A stretch of 64,000 nt of DNA from Candidatus Hydrogenedentota bacterium (GTDB lineage Bacteria > Hydrogenedentota > Hydrogenedentia > Hydrogenedentales > JAEUWI01), in contig JAXMOL010000003.1 of the NCBI GenBank assembly GCA_034669905.1, positions 96,001-160,000 of the forward strand. The letters run 5' to 3'. A program made the translations under genes and the position numbers. The notes below the pieces were generated by a model. The model had not been told where the DNA came from. It saw nothing but the letters and a program-made list of their open reading frames with translations, and did no database searches. Below, piece after piece: positions 57,048-64,000 of the stretch. The stretch's first letter is position 1. Each line of letters begins with the position of its first letter.

Positions 57048-60000
57048 ATGGGCAGGAGAATACGGACGTTGAAGAACGATTTCAGCGAAACACCGAATAG
57101 ACTCGTCATGGGGGTGGCATTTAGTGTCGCTCTTCTGGCGGTTGGGGTGATGGGTGCCTGGTTCCTGGGCTGGGTCTGGATGGTTCAGCCCGTGGCGGGT
57201 GCGGGCTTGATGATGTTCAATACGGCCCTCTCCATCGCGCTCCTCAGTCTGGCGATCTTGGCCCTCGCGGTGGGAAGAAAATATCTGGCGGCTTCGCTGG
57301 CCACCCTTCCCGCGTTGATCTGTCTTGCCACCCTGTTTGAGACCGCCTTTTCCCTGGGGCTCGGGTTGGATGAGTTCTTTGTGGATGCCTATGTGACCCA
57401 TCCCACTATCCCCCCGGGCCGGACCGCGCCCAATACCGCGCTCGCCCTGATTTTTGGGGCCTTATCGGTCATGCTGCTTTCCCTGTCGCCAACCCGTATG
57501 CGGTGTTCATCGGCGGCCCAGGTATGCAGTGTGGCGGCGGCGGCACTGGCGACGGCAGCGCTTATTGGGCATGGGCTATCGCTCGCGCCGCTTTCGGGTT
57601 GGTATGGTATTACCCATATGGCGCCCCATTCTGCGGGTGCGATTGCCCTCCTTTCGCTGATGTTGCTCTACCTTGGTCGAGCGCGATTGGTGGCCCAGGG
57701 GTGCGATCTTCGCGGTCATGCGGCGGGTATGGCGATGTCGGTTGGTCTGGTATTTACCCTTGCTGTGTGGCAGACCGTACACGCCGAACGTATCCAGAAG
57801 TGGGAAATGATTGTTCAGGCGGAGACGGAAGGAATCCGTGATCGCGCTGAGATCCGATGGCGTATACGACTGGAGCGGGTGGCCCAGTTAGTGCCACAGT
57901 TGCAGCATACCGGGAGTGACTTCGGGTGGAAAAATGGGATCTTGCTGCGGGAGAACATGACCGATGTTCCCGGGCTCATTGGGCTCGTGCGATGCACCAA
58001 CGATTTTGAGATCAAGCAGGTGCTGTTGGAAGCCGACGATTTTCCGCGGGACCAGGTGGCTTCTGTGCTCTCCCAACCCGCCTTGCAAGGTGTTGCGGAG
58101 GACGTGGAACGGCATGGCGAAAGCCGGTTCTCGCCGGTCTTGTCCGGGGTGGACGGGCAACATCGGGTGCTCGCATCGGTTACGCCGGTAGCCACCCAGG
58201 GCATGACCGACGGATTTCTGGTCGCGGTTTACGATGTCATGGAAACCCTGAACGATTTTGTCACGCCCCTGGAACGAAGGCGCTTCAATGTCCGGGTACT
58301 TGAAAACGGTTCGGCAATCTTTGCGACATCCGACGCGCCGGATGGGGTGGTAGCCAGTCTCCGTCATGTCGTGCCACTCCAATCATGGGGGCTGAACTGG
58401 CGCATTGAAGCGACTCCCATGTCGGTGTATTTCGAACAAACGCTTTCCGGCCTGGCCGAGGTTATCTTGTTTCTGGGTGGCCTGATGACCCTGGCCCTCG
58501 GGTGGAGCCTTCACGAGCGGGGACGGGGGTTTCGCCTTGCCGAGGAAAAGGGGCGTGCCTCCGAGGCCTTGTCCCGGGAGATTGATAATCGCCGCGAGGT
58601 GGAAACAGTTTTACGGGAGCGGGAAGCGCATATTCGCACCCTGCTGCAATCAACTGCCGAGGCCATCTATGGCGTGGACATCGACGGGAGCTGCACCTTT
58701 TGTAACGTCGCGTGTATCCATATGCTGGGCTACGAGGACGAGTCCGCCCTGCTTGGGCAGAACATGCACCAGAAAATACACCATCATCAGGCAGACGGCT
58801 CGTTGCTTTCAAAGGACGACTGCCGGATCTATCAGGCCTTTCGCCGTGGCGCCGGTACCCATGTGGATTCAGAAGTTTTCTGGCGCGCCGATGGGACGAG
58901 TTTTCCCGTGGAGTATTGGTCTCATCCGATCTATCAGGAAAACGAGATCGTCGGTGCGGTGGTCGCGTTCATGGATATCTCCGTACGAAAGGCGGCCGAA
59001 GAGGCGCTACGGCTCAGCGAGGAGCGCCTGGATCTCGCGGCCCGCGGTGCCAGTGACGGGCTGTGGGATTGGGACATCGAATCGAATTCGGTGTGGTATT
59101 CCGACCGTTATCGCGAATTACTCGGCTTTCATTCGGCCAAAGATTTCCCCGATACATTTCGCAGCACCGAGCGGCTGTTGCACCCCGAAGATTTGCCGGT
59201 GCTTCGGAATGCCATCGACCGACATATCAAGCACTACGAACCCTACGACGTGGAATGCCGTCTTCAGATGCCCGATGGGAACTATCGTTGGTTCCGGAGT
59301 CGTGCCCAGTGTATCCGCACGGCCGATGGCAAGGCGATTCGTATGGCGGGTTCACTTCAGGATGTGACGGCCCGTCGGGAAATGGTGCGCGAACTGAATA
59401 GTCTGAATGACCGCTTGCTGGAACGTACGAAGGAACTGGAGCGACGCAGCCAGGAAGTGGAGGCCTTTGTTTACATCGTGTCCCATGATTTGCGGGCACC
59501 CCTGGTGAATATTCAGGGGTTTTGCATGGAATTGGAGTATTCGTGCCGCGACATGGATGCGCTCCTGGCGGAGGCGGACATCGATGCGAAGGTGGCCGAT
59601 ACCATTCGGCGGATCGTGGACAAAGATATGCGGGGTGCCCTGCACTATATTACGGCGGGCACCAGCCGCTACGAGCGCCTTATTGACGCGTTACTGGCAC
59701 TATCCCGAACGGGAAGACAGACCTACGAGCCAGTGGTCCTCGACATGAAGGCCATGATCGAAGGTGCGGTAGAATCCCTGGAAAAGAACATTGAGCAGTC
59801 GGGTGCGACCGTAACGGTGGAATCAATGCCCGACGCCTATGGGGACCGGACGGCCATTGAGCAGGTATTCTCTAATTTGATCGTCAATGCCTTAAACTAT
59901 CTGAGACCGGAAGTGCCCGGGAGGATTGTCGTCGGTGGAGACGTCGACTCCTCCGCGGGACGAACGGTGTATTGGGTCAAGGACAATGGAAGTGGTATAC

Positions 60001-60239
60001 CGGAAGCATCGTTGGAGCGGGTTTTTGAAGTGTTCCAACGTGCCCATGCCGACCGGAGTGATGGCGAAGGGATGGGACTTGCCATTGTGAAGCGCGTGGT
60101 AGAGCGCCACGGTGGTGAGGTCTGGCTGGAAAGTAAAGAGCATGTGGGCACGACGTTTTACGTGTCGCTCCCACAAGAATCGGAAGTTATCGAGGTGCTC
60201 GATATGATAGAGGATAGCTACATTGACAACCGGACATGA
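57048..60239 (+). CDS. membrane sensor histidine kinase (TM bundle, periplasmic CHASE-like domain, 2 PAS)
   Basis: About 8 TM helices; SHDLRAPL H-box, NLIVNALNY, DNGSGI, GMGLAIVK; start uncertain (56976-57108). Confidence 0.9.
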   Translation: MGRRIRTLKNDFSETPNRLVMGVAFSVALLAVGVMGAWFLGWVWMVQPVAGAGLMMFNTALSIALLSLAILALAVGRKYLAASLATLPALICLATLFETAFSLGLGLDEFFVDAYVTHPTIPPGRTAPNTALALIFGALSVMLLSLSPTRMRCSSAAQVCSVAAAALATAALIGHGLSLAPLSGWYGITHMAPHSAGAIALLSLMLLYLGRARLVAQGCDLRGHAAGMAMSVGLVFTLAVWQTVHAERIQKWEMIVQAETEGIRDRAEIRWRIRLERVAQLVPQLQHTGSDFGWKNGILLRENMTDVPGLIGLVRCTNDFEIKQVLLEADDFPRDQVASVLSQPALQGVAEDVERHGESRFSPVLSGVDGQHRVLASVTPVATQGMTDGFLVAVYDVMETLNDFVTPLERRRFNVRVLENGSAIFATSDAPDGVVASLRHVVPLQSWGLNWRIEATPMSVYFEQTLSGLAEVILFLGGLMTLALGWSLHERGRGFRLAEEKGRASEALSREIDNRREVETVLREREAHIRTLLQSTAEAIYGVDIDGSCTFCNVACIHMLGYEDESALLGQNMHQKIHHHQADGSLLSKDDCRIYQAFRRGAGTHVDSEVFWRADGTSFPVEYWSHPIYQENEIVGAVVAFMDISVRKAAEEALRLSEERLDLAARGASDGLWDWDIESNSVWYSDRYRELLGFHSAKDFPDTFRSTERLLHPEDLPVLRNAIDRHIKHYEPYDVECRLQMPDGNYRWFRSRAQCIRTADGKAIRMAGSLQDVTARREMVRELNSLNDRLLERTKELERRSQEVEAFVYIVSHDLRAPLVNIQGFCMELEYSCRDMDALLAEADIDAKVADTIRRIVDKDMRGALHYITAGTSRYERLIDALLALSRTGRQTYEPVVLDMKAMIEGAVESLEKNIEQSGATVTVESMPDAYGDRTAIEQVFSNLIVNALNYLRPEVPGRIVVGGDVDSSAGRTVYWVKDNGSGIPEASLERVFEVFQRAHADRSDGEGMGLAIVKRVVERHGGEVWLESKEHVGTTFYVSLPQESEVIEVLDMIEDSYIDNRT

Positions 60240-60672
60240 AGTGCGAATACTCGCCGTGGATGATGACCAGGGTCACATTGAATTGATTCGCCGGAACCTT
60301 GCCCGTGCGGGATTTATGAACGAAATTATCCCGGTGCACAGTGGTGAGGAGGCGATGGACTTCATCTATATGCGGGGCAAGTTTTCCGATCGCAAAGCCA
60401 AGGGCCGCTTGTTGATATTATTAGACATCAACATGCCGGGTATGGATGGGCTGGAGGTGCTGCGCACGCTGAAATCAGATCCCGCCAAATCGCGCATACC
60501 CGTGATAATTCTGACAACCACAGAAGATCCGCGGGAGGTGCAGCGCTGCTACGAATTGGGTTGTAGTGTGTACATCACCAAACCGGTATCGTCGGATCGC
60601 TTCATGGATGCCATCAAACGATTGGGCCTCTTCATTTCTGTGGTGGAACTTCCGAAAGAGAGTGAAGATTGA
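60223..60672 (+). CDS. single-domain response regulator (Rcp1-like)
   Basis: ILAVDDD, LLDINMP, IPVIILTT, CYELGCSVYITKP; overlaps both neighbours. Confidence 0.92.
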   Translation: MTTGHEVRILAVDDDQGHIELIRRNLARAGFMNEIIPVHSGEEAMDFIYMRGKFSDRKAKGRLLILLDINMPGMDGLEVLRTLKSDPAKSRIPVIILTTTEDPREVQRCYELGCSVYITKPVSSDRFMDAIKRLGLFISVVELPKESED

Positions 60673-63380
60673 AAGCGAATTCCGATACCTACGTGCTCAT
60701 CGTGGAAGATGACGCGAGCACGGCGGAGCTGGAACAGCGTGCCCTGGTGCGCATGGGGTGTGAAGTTGCTGTCGTCAACGACCTGACTGGGGCCTTTGCG
60801 GCGATTCAGGAAAATCCACCTGCGGCGATTGTACTCGACTTTCATTTGGGGAATGCGCCTGCTTGGCCGATCCTGGAGGCTGGTGCCACGGGGATTCCTC
60901 CGATCCCTGTGATTATGGTGACGGCCATGGGCGATGAGCGGGTTGCCTCGGAAGCGATTCAACGGGGCGCCTCCGGCTATGTGATCAAGACCGGTGACTT
61001 CGTGGTGCGTTTGAATGAGGCGGTGGAGAATGCCATCCGGGTGTCTCGCGCCGAACGCGAACTGCAACAAATGAAAGAGTGGCAGTCGGCTATTCTTGGT
61101 TCGGTTGATGCGCAAATCGCCCTCTTGGATGCCGATGGAAACGTGATTCTGGTGAACGACGCGTGGCGTCAGGCATCAAGCGCGCCAGAAGCGGACGACG
61201 CATCCTATGGGGCGGCGGTGGATTATTTTACGATTGCGGCGGATCTCTATCGGGCCGAAGCGCCCTACGCCGATCGTGTGGCCGAGGGTGTCCGTTCGGT
61301 ACTTGCGGGCAAGGAAAAGCAATTCCGGCTCGAATTCCCCTGTACACGCAGCACGGGAGAACAGCGATGGTACCGATTAGATGTGACATCGCTGCGCTAC
61401 GGCGGGCACCAGGGCGCGGTGGTCATGCATGTGGATACGACCGAACGGGTGCGCGAGGAAGCTGTCCGTCTGGAAAATGCGGAGCTGCTCGACAGTGTCC
61501 TGCAGGGTGTGGAAGAGGGCATCCTGGTGGTTAGTGACCAGGGGCAGTTGCTCAAGTGCAACAAGGCCGCGGAATCTATTCTGGGAGCGGAAGTCGTTCA
61601 TTCAGAACGGGATTGGACGAACTGGCTGGACAGCCCGGTGGGTGAACCGGAAATACTGTCCCGCTCCGGCGGCAACCCCCTGGTCCAGGCATTGTCGGGG
61701 GAAGTCGTAACCGAGTATGAAGCGCGGGTGAGCCATCCGGATGGCCATTCGGTATATATCAGTCTGAACGCCCGGCCCCTCACCGATCAGCATGGCGTGG
61801 TGCGTCGGGCGGTTGCCACCTTTCGCGATGTGACGGAACGCATGGCCCGGGACATGGAAATGCGCCGGATCGCGGCGGCCATCGAGCAGACCGCTGATGC
61901 CATTATTATCACGGACACGGAAGGCAGAATTGAATACGTCAACTCCGCCTTCTCTTCCATGTACGGCTATGATGCGAACGAGGTATGCGGCGAGTCCACC
62001 CGCATGCTCAAGCATCCCACCCAGGAGGGGGGCGTCTCCGAAGAACTATGGAAGACGCTGCGCACAGGCGCGACCTGGACCGGGCGTTTTAACAACCGCA
62101 CCAAGAGCGGCACCCTGCTTATCGCGGACGCGACCATTACCCCGGTGCGGGACGGCGCGGGACAGGTGCTTTTTTATGTGGCGTCCGAACGGGATGTCAC
62201 CGCGCAGATTGCGCTGGAATCCCGTGCCCGCCAGTCTCAGAAGATGGAAGCTATTGGCGTTCTGGCCGGCGGTATTGCCCACGATTTCAACAACATTCTG
62301 GCGGCCATCGAGGGCTATGCCCAGATGGCGGCGAGTAATCTGAGTCCCAAGAGCCAGGCGAGTGACGATTTGCAGTTTGTGATTCGTGGCGCCGGGCGCG
62401 CGAAAGCGCTGGTCCGGCAAATCCTGACCTTCAGCCGGCAGTCGGAAGCGACCATGAAGCCCGTGCTGATCGACACGGTGATTACCGATTCGGTTGAGTT
62501 ACTCCGGGCGACCCTCCCGTCAACGGTGAGCATTCGCACGGGTGTGACATTGAAGAATGCCCTGGTCACAGCGGACGAAACACAGGTGCAGCAGGTAATC
62601 ATTAACCTTTGCACCAATGCAGCCCACGCCATGAAGACCAGTGGGGGCGAATTTGAGATTCGTCTGAACAAGGCGGAACTTCTGGCCGACGATGAAACTG
62701 CGGTGGCGTTGGGGCTGAGTCCGGGGGCCTATGCGCACCTGGAAGTGGCGGATCGGGGCGTCGGGATACCCGAGGAGGTGATGGGTCAGATATTCGATCC
62801 CTTCTTCAGCACCAAGAAAAATGACGGCGGAACGGGCCTGGGGCTGTCGACGGTTCTGGGTATTGTGAAAGAGCACGGGGGCGCGGTAAGCGTCGAAAGC
62901 AACGTGGGCGAAGGTACCTGTTTTCATGTATACCTTCCGTTGTGCGAAGCGACGGACCCCAAGATTGTGCAGCTGAAGCGAAAGCATGTGCCCCGAGGAA
63001 ATGGGGAGTCCATTCTCGTGGTGGACGATGAGGAGGCGATTGCGCACCTCTCTGGCCGCATGCTGGATCGCATGGGATACAAGACCACCGTATTTGTGGA
63101 GGCCGAAGAAGCCGTCGCGGCATTTTCCGAAGCGCCGGAAAGCTTTGACCTGGTACTCACGGATCTCACGATGCCTCGAATGCGCGGTGACCAGGTTGCG
63201 CGGAAAGTCCACGCCCTGCGCCCCGAGGTGCCTGTGATTCTGCTCTCCGGATTCGCCGAAGTGGCGGAAGTCGACAAGTCGCAGGTCTATCGGGTGATCT
63301 CCAAACCTGCCCAGATGGTCGAACTGGCCCGTGCGATCAGCGAGGCGCTCCTGGCCCACTCGTCGGAGCCGGCATCCTGA
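60669..63380 (+). CDS. hybrid histidine kinase REC-PAS x3-HisKA-HATPase-REC
   Basis: IVEDD...LDFHL REC; AHDFNNIL; NLCTNAAHAM; GTGLGL; TDLTMP REC. Confidence 0.93.
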   Translation: MKANSDTYVLIVEDDASTAELEQRALVRMGCEVAVVNDLTGAFAAIQENPPAAIVLDFHLGNAPAWPILEAGATGIPPIPVIMVTAMGDERVASEAIQRGASGYVIKTGDFVVRLNEAVENAIRVSRAERELQQMKEWQSAILGSVDAQIALLDADGNVILVNDAWRQASSAPEADDASYGAAVDYFTIAADLYRAEAPYADRVAEGVRSVLAGKEKQFRLEFPCTRSTGEQRWYRLDVTSLRYGGHQGAVVMHVDTTERVREEAVRLENAELLDSVLQGVEEGILVVSDQGQLLKCNKAAESILGAEVVHSERDWTNWLDSPVGEPEILSRSGGNPLVQALSGEVVTEYEARVSHPDGHSVYISLNARPLTDQHGVVRRAVATFRDVTERMARDMEMRRIAAAIEQTADAIIITDTEGRIEYVNSAFSSMYGYDANEVCGESTRMLKHPTQEGGVSEELWKTLRTGATWTGRFNNRTKSGTLLIADATITPVRDGAGQVLFYVASERDVTAQIALESRARQSQKMEAIGVLAGGIAHDFNNILAAIEGYAQMAASNLSPKSQASDDLQFVIRGAGRAKALVRQILTFSRQSEATMKPVLIDTVITDSVELLRATLPSTVSIRTGVTLKNALVTADETQVQQVIINLCTNAAHAMKTSGGEFEIRLNKAELLADDETAVALGLSPGAYAHLEVADRGVGIPEEVMGQIFDPFFSTKKNDGGTGLGLSTVLGIVKEHGGAVSVESNVGEGTCFHVYLPLCEATDPKIVQLKRKHVPRGNGESILVVDDEEAIAHLSGRMLDRMGYKTTVFVEAEEAVAAFSEAPESFDLVLTDLTMPRMRGDQVARKVHALRPEVPVILLSGFAEVAEVDKSQVYRVISKPAQMVELARAISEALLAHSSEPAS

Positions 63381-63442
63381 GTGAGTTTCGGTTTCCCGCG
63401 GGCTCGTGACAGCTTCCACGGCCGCCTCCGCCTCCGGGAGTT

Positions 63443-64000
63443 TCAGTCTGTCGTGGTGGGCAGGCCCGCCGCAGTGACGGCGCTCATGCCACCCAGCACG
63501 TTGGCCACATCGGCATAGCCGGCCCGCTTCAGAAAAGACGCGGCAATACTGGCGCGATAGCCACTGCCACAAATCACCACCACGGGCACGTCCAGCGGGA
63601 TTTCTCCGACCTGCTCCTGCAGGAGCCCCCCATGGATATGGTGCGCCCCCGGAAGGTGGCCTGCCTTCCATTCCCGTTCGGTCCGCACGTCGAGTAGATA
63701 GGGTTTCACTTCCTGCTGGAGGCACTTCTCCAACTCCTGTACGGAGAGGCATTGCAGGTGTGCGAGGGGATAGCCCGCGTTGGCCCAGGCACCGATGCCA
63801 TCCTCGAGGTACCCTTGTACGTCGTCAAACCCAACGCGTATCAGGTGGGTGACCACCATGGGCATGTCGGCCGGGTCATCCAACACGATGAGCGTCGGGT
63901 GGTCATAGGGCAGTACCCAGCCCGCCCACGTGGGCAGTACATTGCCCAGCGGGATGTTGATGGACTCGGGAATGTGGCCTGCCGCGAAGGCCTCTTTCGA
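63443..64000 (-). CDS. tandem rhodanese-domain protein (probably an MBL-fold/rhodanese fusion), truncated by window edge
   Basis: AFAAGHIPESINI, LDVRTEREWKAGHLPGA, ICGSGYRA, NVLGGM. Confidence 0.85.
   Translation of the reverse strand, partial: SKEAFAAGHIPESINIPLGNVLPTWAGWVLPYDHPTLIVLDDPADMPMVVTHLIRVGFDDVQGYLEDGIGAWANAGYPLAHLQCLSVQELEKCLQQEVKPYLLDVRTEREWKAGHLPGAHHIHGGLLQEQVGEIPLDVPVVVICGSGYRASIAASFLKRAGYADVANVLGGMSAVTAAGLPTTTD

Noticed and set aside
1..64000. CRISPR arrays, tRNA/rRNA genes, IS elements, prophage, inteins, known defence systems
   Set aside because: No regularly spaced repeats, cloverleaf or rRNA motifs, transposase/integrase or defence-gene signatures seen by eye; DnaB is normal length

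Overview
High-GC bacterial chromosome segment; the gene style (Tat-exported Gfo/Idh/MocA proteins, PmoA-like and sulfatase-like proteins, many hybrid kinases) suggests a PVC- or Hydrogenedentota-like organism, which is inference only. No tRNA/rRNA genes, CRISPR array, phage or transposase could be supported. Main blocks: (i) rpsF-ssb-rpsR-DUF2232-rplI-dnaB then dapA; (ii) secreted carbohydrate and surface-modifying enzymes; (iii) a PAS kinase / REC-HD-GYP / REC-HDOD signalling triad; (iv) a dispersed type IV pilus region: a pilin behind a perfect sigma54 promoter, pilB-pilT-pilS-pilR with no pilC, and a second PilT/PilU with an extra N-terminal domain; (v) a four-gene multi-PAS phosphorelay. 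The most striking element is the gene heading the pilB-pilT-pilS-pilR run (32284-34848). It fuses a PilB-type MshEN/T2SSE_N domain, through a long repetitive linker, to a complete DnaA AAA+ domain III with no DNA-binding domain IV, and an upstream promoter is overlapped by tandem NrdR-box-like motifs 31 bp apart. This is a candidate link between pilus machinery and DnaA-family regulation. Also notable: a small ORF with its own sigma54-type promoter, two long structured intergenic elements and several unusual domain fusions.
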